A stretch of DNA of 64,000 bases from Barthelona sp. PCE (taxonomy: Eukaryota): NCBI GenBank assembly GCA_040285745.1, contig JAUFOR010000003.1:1116001-1180000 (forward strand). The letters are read 5' to 3'. Positions 51,246 through 60,979 of this stretch are shown in pieces. The translations under genes and the position numbers were made by a program. The stretch's first letter is position 1. Every line of letters starts with the position of its first letter. A model generated the notes under the pieces. That model saw only the letters and a program-made list of their open reading frames with translations, had not been told where the DNA came from and made no database searches.

Positions 51246-54200
51246 ATGAATCCATCCATGAATTCAACACCAAAACGTCCTTTGAGTGGTTTTTTTCAAA
51301 AATCACATACACCTGTTTCTGAGTATCGATCACCATTAAACAGGGCCCAAACGAACCGCTTCGATACGGAACCGATCACAACAAAGGAACCACGGGACAC
51401 TTCAAATATCCAAGTTTATTTGCGTGTAAGACCTCTCTTCAAAGCAGAGAAACAACCACCCTGTCTCCGATATACTGGAGATGCCATCCATATGGATGCG
51501 AACAAACAGCATAGAATGCAATCCAACCACTCATTCAAATTCTCATACGTTTTTGATGTTATTGAACAACAAGAAGCTGTTTTCTCAACTACTTCAGCCC
51601 CCCTTGTTGACTATTTCCTTTCAGGATATAACGCAACCATCTTTGCGTATGGAGCAACAGGTAGTGGAAAAACTCATTCTCTATTCGGGCCTAATAAGCA
51701 ATTAAACCCATACAGTGACGACTGCGGCATCATTCCCCGTTGCGTAGCGCACATTTTTGCATTGTTAGATACATCAGATGAAGAAATGATCCAATCACCA
51801 TTTGTTCCAAAAGAGAATAATACAACCAGTTATACATTGACAATGAATGTTTTGGAGATATACAACGAGCGTGTCACTGATCTCATATCAAATAACGATA
51901 AAATCACATTACATGAACTTCCACAAGGTGGCGTTTATCCGCAGGGATGTACAGAGATAACATTGGTTGACGTCACGCAGACCATCGAAGTATTGAGGAA
52001 CTGTATACAAAAGAGAAAGACAAGAAGAACTAAGTCGAATGAAAGGAGTTCCAGATCACACTGCATTGTACAATTCCGACTTGAAAGTAAGCGTAGAACA
52101 GGTGATCGAGTTGAGACCTCTGTTTCGGTCCTCAGTTGCATCGATTTAGCAGGTTCTGAGCGCCAAGCAAAGACTGGTGCAATTGGGAAGACTCTGCGTG
52201 AAGCAGGAAGGATTAATCAGTCACTCACAACACTCAGTTTGGTTGTTAAGATTTTAAATGCAAAGGCACGTGGAAAAATGAGCTATGTACCTTACAGAAA
52301 CTCAAAACTAACATTTTTACTTAAAAACTCTTTGGGAAATAACGCCAAAACTAGTTTTTTAAGCTGTATTTCGGTTGATGCTCTACAATTACACGAAACG
52401 TTGAGCACCCTCCGTTTTTCAAGTCTTGCACAAAAGGTAACTTGTGATATAGTTAGAAATACCGAGACCATAGTCCCCCTCGACGTTCTTCAAGAGGAGA
52501 TGCAGAGATTGAGAAGCGAGGTGCAGCGTTTGCGTATTAAAAATCGTGACCTTCAGGCCAACACTGGAGGTGTTACTGTGGAGGAACAATCAACATTAGT
52601 ACGTCTCAAATGTTGCACAGAAACCCAATTAGATGAGGTTCTGAGTTGCAGTGTTTGCGATAACGTTTTTGATGTTTCATCCTTCAAACCGCAATCGATG
52701 GAGGCAGCTCTACGATATGGTCATCATATGGAACATCTTTTTTCTCGCTTGCTCAACCACTACTTCAACATGAAAGCCAAGTATACAAAGTCCAGCGAGG
52801 TTTTGTTAACGGAAAAAATGTATATACGTGCTCTTCAAAAAGACCTAGAGCAGCTATCATTCAATCATCGAACTCCATCTGAAGAATACAGCCGTGAGGA
52901 CTTGGAGAAGGTTAATGCTGAGCTACGAACACAGTTGGAGGTTATGGAGAAGAAATTGGATCCAAAAAATCATCCAGTTGTTTTGGAGTTCTTGTTTGAG
53001 AATTTTGAACTTCAGCAACAAGTTACATCTTTACGGGAGCAACTAGATGCATACAGTGGCAAATCTGACATGCAGAATGATATCAACTCGCTTTTAGATC
53101 AAATTAAAACCTTGCTTGAACAGAAGAGGCATTTGGAGCACGTGATCTCATCATCATCGTCACAGTTAAAGAGTGGCATGACTCCCACGCCTGCGAAAAC
53201 TCCTGTTGCCTGGAATGGTGAAGAAAATATGCCGAGAATCAGGTTCGCGTTGGATGACATCGAATATATTGATGAGGAGATTAATGAGGAGATTAATGAG
53301 GAGACTGAGTTGCTACGGGCGCGGTTGATGGAGTTGGAAGCTGATAATGAGACATTACTAAAGGAGAATGCAGCTCTAAGGGAAGAGCTCAGTTTTAATT
53401 TACATAACACTGTCATAAACGAAATACCTGATGAGATGAGTCCTCTCCACGACGAAAGATCAGTTTCTTATCGCACAGATATAGATAGTCTTGAAAAGTC
53501 AATCGCAAATCTATCAAACACAGTTTCCATACAATCAGAAAAACCTTTAAAAGATGAACCCATGCACATGTCTGATCTCGATGAGGACGATGATAGTCTC
53601 CGCACCGTTGTCAAGCAGGAACTGTATCAAATCCAGAATGAAGCAAAGGGATTACAGGAGTTAATGCATCATATGAATCAGCAAAAGGATGAAGCGTACA
53701 GCGAAATAATTAAGCTGGAGCGCCATCTCAACGAGTCAAGGATGCACGCTTTTAAGGTCCAAGAAACAATGATGACCGAACGGAATGAAATGGAAAAACG
53801 CGTGTTATTATTGGAGGGTGAGTTAACCCGAAAGGACATGCTCATAAAGCAGCAAAGCAGGGTCGTTGACAGGTTGCAGGAGCAGCTGTACCCAAATAAC
53901 GAAGAAAATGATGATGTTGATGTGGAGACGAGCGAGGTTGAAGTTCAGACTCGTGTGGATACACAATACATAAGCACCGTCGAGAGGGAGGTTGCAAAGC
54001 TCCTTAAGGAGAACAGCGAAATGCGTAATCAGGCAAAAGATAAAGTTCTGTCTTCTCAGAGTCAGAAGAATGAGGTCTTAAAGCTGCAGAAGATGTGTAA
54101 TCAGCTCAGTGTCGAAAGGGAAGACATGGATACAGAGCTGCGTGTTCTTAGAAAAAAGCTGCAGGCATTGGACAATCTTTCGGCTGTGAAGGTTGAAAAT

Positions 54201-54593
54201 GAGTTCCTAGAGCGCAGAAATCAAATGCTTGCATTGCAGGGCAACGATAATGTGCGCTTGATCGAAGATTTGCAGCAAAGAATTGGATATTTAGAAGAGA
54301 AAATTGGTTCCAACAATTCCCCAGTAGCATTTTCTGGAAGGGAAGCTCTTCAGCTAACAAAAACCTTACATGAGCTACGCAGGACCATAATCAAACAGCG
54401 AGAAACCGTAGAGGAAGAATCCAGGAATCGTCCGAGTGATGAAGACTTTTTTAACAGCATGACTCAAGACATTCAATCCCCCCAAGTAGTGCGATCGCCG
54501 CGTTCGTACATTTCACCATCATTACAATCATCAGCACGTTTTAAATCGCTGGAGAGTCGCTTATCCAGAATTGGTTCTCAAAATTCGAAATAA
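51246..54593 (+). CDS. N-terminal kinesin, probably kinesin-12 (KIF15-like)
   Basis: VYLRVRP, GATGSGKT, SSRSH, DLAGSERQ, VPYRNSKLT. Stalk motif NHPVVLEFLFENFEL resembles KIF15. Confidence 0.88.
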   Translation: MNPSMNSTPKRPLSGFFQKSHTPVSEYRSPLNRAQTNRFDTEPITTKEPRDTSNIQVYLRVRPLFKAEKQPPCLRYTGDAIHMDANKQHRMQSNHSFKFSYVFDVIEQQEAVFSTTSAPLVDYFLSGYNATIFAYGATGSGKTHSLFGPNKQLNPYSDDCGIIPRCVAHIFALLDTSDEEMIQSPFVPKENNTTSYTLTMNVLEIYNERVTDLISNNDKITLHELPQGGVYPQGCTEITLVDVTQTIEVLRNCIQKRKTRRTKSNERSSRSHCIVQFRLESKRRTGDRVETSVSVLSCIDLAGSERQAKTGAIGKTLREAGRINQSLTTLSLVVKILNAKARGKMSYVPYRNSKLTFLLKNSLGNNAKTSFLSCISVDALQLHETLSTLRFSSLAQKVTCDIVRNTETIVPLDVLQEEMQRLRSEVQRLRIKNRDLQANTGGVTVEEQSTLVRLKCCTETQLDEVLSCSVCDNVFDVSSFKPQSMEAALRYGHHMEHLFSRLLNHYFNMKAKYTKSSEVLLTEKMYIRALQKDLEQLSFNHRTPSEEYSREDLEKVNAELRTQLEVMEKKLDPKNHPVVLEFLFENFELQQQVTSLREQLDAYSGKSDMQNDINSLLDQIKTLLEQKRHLEHVISSSSSQLKSGMTPTPAKTPVAWNGEENMPRIRFALDDIEYIDEEINEEINEETELLRARLMELEADNETLLKENAALREELSFNLHNTVINEIPDEMSPLHDERSVSYRTDIDSLEKSIANLSNTVSIQSEKPLKDEPMHMSDLDEDDDSLRTVVKQELYQIQNEAKGLQELMHHMNQQKDEAYSEIIKLERHLNESRMHAFKVQETMMTERNEMEKRVLLLEGELTRKDMLIKQQSRVVDRLQEQLYPNNEENDDVDVETSEVEVQTRVDTQYISTVEREVAKLLKENSEMRNQAKDKVLSSQSQKNEVLKLQKMCNQLSVEREDMDTELRVLRKKLQALDNLSAVKVENEFLERRNQMLALQGNDNVRLIEDLQQRIGYLEEKIGSNNSPVAFSGREALQLTKTLHELRRTIIKQRETVEEESRNRPSDEDFFNSMTQDIQSPQVVRSPRSYISPSLQSSARFKSLESRLSRIGSQNSK

Positions 54594-54598
54594 AACGT

Positions 54599-56122
54599 TT
54601 ACAATCGTCTGTGTAACGCAACATATGCCTTTCCAAAAGGTCTAAAATCTAAATCACGGAAGTTATAATGTGAAAATGCTTCAAAAAGTCTGACCTCCTC
54701 AAATCCTTCATATTCCTCGTTAACAGCGGATAAAATATACTCTACGTTCTTGTAAAACGCCTCAAACGTGTCCTCACTAGTTAATTCTGGATATACATCA
54801 AAATTGATAACATCCACTGCAACTTGCTCAAAATCATCTGAAAACTTAACGTACTTGTGATAATGAACATCGTCGCGCAGAAGAAAACGGGTGATACCTG
54901 TCTGCATCGCTGCAGGTGTGAGAACAACATGTGCGCCGGATTCTACTTCTTTGTTAACCAAATTCAATGCATCTGCACCTGGATAATTGATCATACTTGC
55001 TCTTAAGTACAAAAAGCTCATAACCAGCGAGGCAAAAACGGCAGCGATGAAAGCAATGTGTATTAAAGCCTTGAAAAATAAATTCTGAGGTGACTGCAAG
55101 AAATGAGACACTCCAATGGCTACAAACAAGGCAATGACTGGGAACACATAAAAAATAAAGCGCAACTCCTTATGGGGAAGGAAAGAATAGATAAACACAA
55201 AGAAAAGAGTTGGAAGCCATATGTTCATGTGTCTCTTGATAAAAGATAAACGCAAAAGCAATAGAAAGGGAAGGAATGTGATGCAAACCTTTGGAATGGC
55301 ACGAAGGAAGTACCAAGACCATGGAAGGACGCCCCATAGCGAAGATTTGTTTTGCACGACATTAAAAAACCAAACTTCAAACTCTGGCCAACACCAACGA
55401 TTCCAGAACAGTGAGTCAAAAAGAATTGATGGGATCAGGATAGATGCGACTGCCCTGAGGCCTTGAGTAACAAACTCTAGGATAGTAACTTTCCTTGACA
55501 ATAAACAATGCAGAGAGAAAGCGGCAATAAATATTGAAATTTCTGAGCGGAAGATCAGTGCAGCAGTACAAAGGAAGAAGAAGGCGTGCCTGTTGTGCTT
55601 TTTTGTGTTGTATATCATATTACCGAGAGCTAAATTAAAAAATAACAATGCAAAAGTATTTGTTAACAACCGACTCGAATAAAACATGATGTGGAACATA
55701 GAACTTACAATAAAGCCAAACAGTGTGGCTGCAAGCTCACTTACGTTGTAGTAAATGTCGGACTGGATCTCTATAAAACTGCCAGAAAGAATTAGAGCCA
55801 AAGTGATTCGAACAATCGTTTGGATGACGGGTTTGGAGATACCAATCTGGGCAAGGGGGGCCCCAACTAACGTAAGAATTGCTGGGGCTGTGAAAGAACG
55901 AGGAACAGGCCCTTTAAAGACAAGATTGTCATATTGAGAATGATTCCAACCATGATATATCAAATCGTGGGATGCTTGCATTGCAAATGACTCCTCTACC
56001 TTTGTATATGGGCACATAAGAGCATAAACAACTGAAAGAACAACAATAGATATACTTGAAAGAACTAACAACATCTTCCTGGGGATTGAGCTGGTTAAAG
56101 CTGGCGTGCTTCCCGTATGCAT
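54599..56122 (-). CDS. ALG12: Dol-P-Man alpha-1,6-mannosyltransferase ALG12 (GT22)
   Basis: PYTKVEESF, GPVPRSF, FYSSRLLTN, IFRSE, WPEFEV, LPHKELRF, NYPGA. Multi-TM. Start could also be 56074. Confidence 0.93.
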   Translation of the reverse strand: MHTGSTPALTSSIPRKMLLVLSSISIVVLSVVYALMCPYTKVEESFAMQASHDLIYHGWNHSQYDNLVFKGPVPRSFTAPAILTLVGAPLAQIGISKPVIQTIVRITLALILSGSFIEIQSDIYYNVSELAATLFGFIVSSMFHIMFYSSRLLTNTFALLFFNLALGNMIYNTKKHNRHAFFFLCTAALIFRSEISIFIAAFSLHCLLSRKVTILEFVTQGLRAVASILIPSILFDSLFWNRWCWPEFEVWFFNVVQNKSSLWGVLPWSWYFLRAIPKVCITFLPFLLLLRLSFIKRHMNIWLPTLFFVFIYSFLPHKELRFIFYVFPVIALFVAIGVSHFLQSPQNLFFKALIHIAFIAAVFASLVMSFLYLRASMINYPGADALNLVNKEVESGAHVVLTPAAMQTGITRFLLRDDVHYHKYVKFSDDFEQVAVDVINFDVYPELTSEDTFEAFYKNVEYILSAVNEEYEGFEEVRLFEAFSHYNFRDLDFRPFGKAYVALHRRL

Positions 56123-56331
56123 GATCTGACAAACTTAATAGTACTTGTGAAAAGGTGAGAACAAGCTAGAACACGAACTTTTACTTAACAGTTGCCATGA
56201 AAATTATCATTTAACTCACAGGGGATGTTGTACGGAGATCAAACAAGTCCTTTGTGCAGGATCATACCTCAGATGGTGATAAGACAGTTGTTTTCTTCGT
56301 ATTACCCTTTTCAAACACAAAATATCTTTAA

Positions 56332-57414
56332 ATGTCATTTCAAAAGAACACATGCACTTATTTTTGGCTTTGCGTGGTTGCACTTCTCATTTTATTCGTT
56401 ATTCCTCCAGAAAAAGATGTTTTTAACATATCTGTACCTCCTCAACAAACTGTTGAGTACTCTCCCTCCGATTTCGGTGGTAAATGGTCCACAGAAGTTT
56501 ATCAGGAGCTCGAATTGAAGAGCAACTATTGGTTATTTTCTAACACAAACATTCAGTATACTTATGTGACTGATTTTGAATCCACCCCTAACAACAAGCG
56601 GGTGCATATCCACCAGAGCTCAACAACGGCACTAGAGTCTGTTGTTTTTAACACTGTCCTTCAGACGTACGATTCCTACAAGTTTACTTGGGCAGGTCCT
56701 AATACTTACACAATGATGACGTTTTGGGGCGATGAACTGTACAAGGACTACAAGAAATACGCTGAAGAGACTTCTTACGCCTCTCAAATCAGTGAGCTTG
56801 GCAGTGGAACACTTTCTCATACATCATATGAATACAAGAAGGTAACATTCGTAGCCCTCCGCTCCACTGATTTCTATGGCGAAATCCCCAACATGGATAT
56901 ATACATCAACGGAAGTAGTTACAACTGGGAGCAGTACAATGTTCTCTTCGACAAGAACTCAACGATTTGGGGAAGTGAGAAGTTTAACGTTGAGCAAGAT
57001 GGTTACCTTATGATCACAAACCACAATCCCAGCAGCAGTAGGGATATTGTTATCTTGGCATCGAAAGTGGATTCGTGGGCATTATCAAGTGCTAAATATT
57101 CGCTTGGTGTTCTCACCGTCATTCTCTTCTTCTTGTCTTTGAGGCAATGCCGCACCCCTGGGAAGAGGGAAAGTATTGCAATCGCGCAGGTGCCCACTAT
57201 GTATGTTACCACAGATAGCAGACCGTTATTGGCAAGACCACACGTCGTCCAACCCGTTATTCAACCCGTTATTCAGTCTCGCCCTCAGGCACAACAGACT
57301 TACGCGACATACCAGGTTGTTGGAAGTCTTCCTCCAAATACATTAACAACGCCAACAACACCAACAGTTTCTCCTCATGCTACAGCTCCCATATATGACC
57401 CATCCCGTATGTAG
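56332..57414 (+). CDS. Membrane protein with two hydrophobic segments and a Pro/Gln/Thr-rich tail; paralogue of 57690-58667
   Basis: N-terminal hydrophobic segment, S/T/Y-rich ectodomain, second TM near aa 255-270. Confidence 0.7.
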   Translation: MSFQKNTCTYFWLCVVALLILFVIPPEKDVFNISVPPQQTVEYSPSDFGGKWSTEVYQELELKSNYWLFSNTNIQYTYVTDFESTPNNKRVHIHQSSTTALESVVFNTVLQTYDSYKFTWAGPNTYTMMTFWGDELYKDYKKYAEETSYASQISELGSGTLSHTSYEYKKVTFVALRSTDFYGEIPNMDIYINGSSYNWEQYNVLFDKNSTIWGSEKFNVEQDGYLMITNHNPSSSRDIVILASKVDSWALSSAKYSLGVLTVILFFLSLRQCRTPGKRESIAIAQVPTMYVTTDSRPLLARPHVVQPVIQPVIQSRPQAQQTYATYQVVGSLPPNTLTTPTTPTVSPHATAPIYDPSRM

Positions 57415-57689
57415 GGGTGCAATAGGCAAAGTGTGAATAGTAAATCATAGCATAAGTATTGTGATTGGTAAAAAATCTCTACAAATAATTGTGTTAGATA
57501 CAATATTTCACTCAATATTTGAGAGATCTGGATGTGACCATCCATGAAATGCAATGAAACAAGAAAATCTCTTGCTTTAGCTTTTAACACGTATTCACGT
57601 ATTACCTTGCTTTTTCTCCATATTTAGGATTTACAACGTACCAAAACTCTTCTTTGCATCCCATTTAAATCTATCTACTCTTTTAATTT

Positions 57690-58667
57690 ATGAAATCACC
57701 TTGGATTACATTCTGGCTGGCACTCTGCGGAGTCCTGATCATGTTCATCTGGCCACGTGAATACACTAGCGTCCACTTATATGTCCCTACAACGTCTACA
57801 CAAAAAGCTCAACCAGCTGGCGCTCAAATGTGGGAGAAAAGTATTTACAAGTCATTAAAATTCACAAGCCCCTTCAACAGTCTCTGGACAACTCCTTCCC
57901 AATATGTTGGAGTCACTAATTATAACGTTGGACCCAGAAAAACAGTATCCGATATGTATTCGGATTCGACTTTAAACACCGGTGGTTATATTTTCGGTGT
58001 TTCCCTTGCAGCTGGTGACAGCTTCGAGATGGACTGGGCCGGAAGCCTTAGTAACTACAACATTGGAGTCTTTCAAAGTGAAGAAACATACATGAAATAT
58101 CAAAGCTCAAAAGATTTTTCTTACGCTGATCAATATTCCACCTCATCGTCAGGTTATCTTTCCTACAACTCAACAAGCTATACAAAGATTATTGTTGTTG
58201 TCGATAAATTCTCACCAAGTTCTCTTCCTGGATTCCCAACCGTCAATGTACGTTATCACATCTCTGATTTCGATTTGCCAATTAGCGACACTGTGTTCAG
58301 AAGTACTGCTGGACTTTGGTCTGAAGAAATTGACCTAAAGGAGGATGTTCACCTGTTTGTTGAAAATGAAAGCACTGCTGCCACAAAATACGTTTATGTC
58401 GTTGGCTATCATGTACGTAGCGTCTTATATATGGTTGGAATGACAGCCCTTTGCATAACGATTGTTGTTTCTTTTGTTGTTGGGTTGAAGCAGAAAAACA
58501 AAGTTAAGGCTGGTACTGATATGGTTGTTATTCCTTCTGCCCATCAGCAGTACAACCCTATGCATGGCCAAGTCCCATACAATCAACCTCTGATGCATCC
58601 TCAACCATATCCTCAACAATACCCTCAACCTTATCATCAGCAAAGCGGTGTGGTTTCTGGGGTCTAG
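57690..58667 (+). CDS. Membrane protein with a Pro/Gln/Tyr-rich tail; paralogue of 56332-57414
   Basis: FWL..CxxxI, W...Y..L, WAG, SYA.Q and WSE/WGSE blocks are shared with the upstream copy. Confidence 0.7.
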   Translation: MKSPWITFWLALCGVLIMFIWPREYTSVHLYVPTTSTQKAQPAGAQMWEKSIYKSLKFTSPFNSLWTTPSQYVGVTNYNVGPRKTVSDMYSDSTLNTGGYIFGVSLAAGDSFEMDWAGSLSNYNIGVFQSEETYMKYQSSKDFSYADQYSTSSSGYLSYNSTSYTKIIVVVDKFSPSSLPGFPTVNVRYHISDFDLPISDTVFRSTAGLWSEEIDLKEDVHLFVENESTAATKYVYVVGYHVRSVLYMVGMTALCITIVVSFVVGLKQKNKVKAGTDMVVIPSAHQQYNPMHGQVPYNQPLMHPQPYPQQYPQPYHQQSGVVSGV

Positions 58668-58718
58668 TGTTGATTTTTATCTGTTTATAGTGTAAAAATT
58701 TATTTTGAAATGCGAATT

Positions 58719-60764
58719 TTATACATCCTGCAACAGTGAATCTTCACCAGCATCAAGTCGACGACGTCTGCGACGTTTTGTAGTGCGACGCTTCTCACGC
58801 TCTCTTTTACGTCTTGCTCTCATTTCCTCCAACTCTGTTGCAGAAACCTCAGTGAAACTTTCAAATGCAGTGGAGAAATCCACTGTGGAATCAAAAGCCT
58901 CAGAAGGCTCTTCAACCTCAATCACTGTCATTTCATGCGCCTTCTCCAAGACGTCAATGCGCTTATCCTGCCTAATGGTTTCGATGATATCAGCTTCTTC
59001 CTCTTCATTATCATGTTCTTCGGGAACTTCTTGAACATCATCTTTATCAAACACAAGCGTGTCCAAATCCTCCGTCTCTGCAAGTTTGAGTGTGTTCTCG
59101 AGTGTCTCAATGCGCATAATAACAACCGTTTCAAGACTATTGAGCTTCTTTTGCTTCGATTTATGCGAGTCTAATAATTTCTTCAACTTCTGGATCTTTA
59201 AGGCCTGTCGCTTCCGCTCATGGGTGAGCTCAGGCTTGTGCTCTTCGTCTGCCTGCTCCTCCTGTGCCTTGACAACTTTGAAATTCGACAACATAGGTTG
59301 TAATTTTGTCTTTACCTTCCTGATCGACTCTTGCTTCTTCACCAGCAACTCGGCAACCTTGATCTTCTTCTGCTGAAGCTTGCCGAGCCTCTGACGCGCA
59401 TCCTTGATACGTTCATCTTGCTCTCGTTCATCTCTCTCCTTCTCAAGCTGTTGTTGAATTCTCTCCTCTGCTATTTCCTTCTCTTTCTGTTTCTCCGCCT
59501 CCAAGCGGGTGATTTCCTCTTGAAGAGCACGCTCCATTTTCTTCTTTGCTTCATTGACTCTTTTCTCAATCTCACGCTCCAAAAGTCCACTGTTGAGCTC
59601 CAACTCAATTTTCTCCTCGATCATTGAATTCAAATCGTTTGTCATGCGATCTCCGTCCTGACGCTGCTTGTTGCGACGCTGCTCATCAACTCTGATTCGC
59701 TCCTGTTCGGCCTCATAGCGCTTGGCCTCTTCCTGAGCTTCTGCCTCACGCTTCAACTTCTCCTCCTCAAGACGTTGTTCCTCGAGTTCCTTACGCTTCA
59801 CCTCTTCCTCACGTTCACGCTCAACACGACGATTTTCACGTTCAACACGGAGTCGCTCAACTTGGCGAAGCTTCTCTGCCTCTTTCTGTTTTCGAAGCTC
59901 AGCAAGTTTGTCCTGGCGGATCATAGCCTTTCTTATGAGCTCCTGGAGTGCCTTCTCTTCCTCTTCTTCTTCCTTTGAACGGTCTTCAACGACATCAACT
60001 GTTACATCTCTTTGCTTCAATAATGTCTCCTGCTCTTGGCTGCGGAGATCCTCCTGCTCCATAAGCATCAACTCAACCTGGCGGGTCTTCTCCACGATAT
60101 CTTCCTTTTGCTTCTTAAGGAACATCTCGTGTTCGATTCTTTTCTTTTCCTCATCTTTTGCTTGTTGCTTACGCTGTTTTTTCACAAACTTTCCCAACTC
60201 ACGCTCATGCTGCTTCGTTGTGTTTCCGCGGTACCATGGGAACTCCTTATGGAAGTTTTCATAGTTCTCAAATATTTCCAGCTGTGAAAAATTTTCTTTT
60301 CGTATGGGTGCACTAAAACGCGTATGATTCAACAAATAATGAATTTCCTCAAGCGGTGACGTGGCGTAGTCAAACGTCAGACTCACCTCATCAGCTGTAT
60401 CAAGCGTGCGGGCAACAAGATGTGAAAGACTCAGCATAGAATCATAATTGCTTAAAAGTTTTGCTTCAGGTGACTGTGCAATCTCCTTACGTGGAGAAGA
60501 AGCATCGAAGATGCGGGACATCTTGTCTTGGATGTTGCTAAGCATAGAATCAACACGATACTCCATGTCATTGACTTGTTCTACGAATTTATCGGCTACA
60601 GCTGGGGAGAACATCTCCTTTGTCATGCTGCTCCTCTTATCCCTCTTCTGCGGTGTTTTGTAAAGTGTACGCTTAAGATCTGAAGTTGAACGCTTCAAAT
60701 CTGAATTTGAACGTTTCAGACGTGCCGAATTTAAAATATCTATGGCTGAGCGCGTCTTCTTCAT
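58719..60764 (-). CDS. Arg/Glu-rich coiled-coil protein with a possible ARGLU1-like segment
   Basis: E/R/K-rich. IEEKIELELNS...EREIEKRVNEAKKKME resembles ARGLU1. Confidence 0.6.
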   Translation of the reverse strand: MKKTRSAIDILNSARLKRSNSDLKRSTSDLKRTLYKTPQKRDKRSSMTKEMFSPAVADKFVEQVNDMEYRVDSMLSNIQDKMSRIFDASSPRKEIAQSPEAKLLSNYDSMLSLSHLVARTLDTADEVSLTFDYATSPLEEIHYLLNHTRFSAPIRKENFSQLEIFENYENFHKEFPWYRGNTTKQHERELGKFVKKQRKQQAKDEEKKRIEHEMFLKKQKEDIVEKTRQVELMLMEQEDLRSQEQETLLKQRDVTVDVVEDRSKEEEEEEKALQELIRKAMIRQDKLAELRKQKEAEKLRQVERLRVERENRRVEREREEEVKRKELEEQRLEEEKLKREAEAQEEAKRYEAEQERIRVDEQRRNKQRQDGDRMTNDLNSMIEEKIELELNSGLLEREIEKRVNEAKKKMERALQEEITRLEAEKQKEKEIAEERIQQQLEKERDEREQDERIKDARQRLGKLQQKKIKVAELLVKKQESIRKVKTKLQPMLSNFKVVKAQEEQADEEHKPELTHERKRQALKIQKLKKLLDSHKSKQKKLNSLETVVIMRIETLENTLKLAETEDLDTLVFDKDDVQEVPEEHDNEEEEADIIETIRQDKRIDVLEKAHEMTVIEVEEPSEAFDSTVDFSTAFESFTEVSATELEEMRARRKREREKRRTTKRRRRRRLDAGEDSLLQDV

Positions 60765-60979
60765 CGTCCGCGATGCGTGTATGCAAAAGCAAGTTGAAAG
60801 AAGTTACAAATGGTTAAACAAATTCATAGAATATCTGATTTCTTCTTCTCTCTTCTTGTAACTCTTTTTAAGGCTTTTAAGTTCGTGTTAAATAACAATA
60901 AATACATCTAAAACTGTGAAATATCTTAAGACAACGTTTTTCTCTTTATCATCCTTTTCATTTATTTCAGGTGTTATTA

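Noticed and set aside
53271-53306. 12-bp tandem repeat (EEIN) in the kinesin stalk
   Set aside because: Ordinary in-frame slippage duplication.
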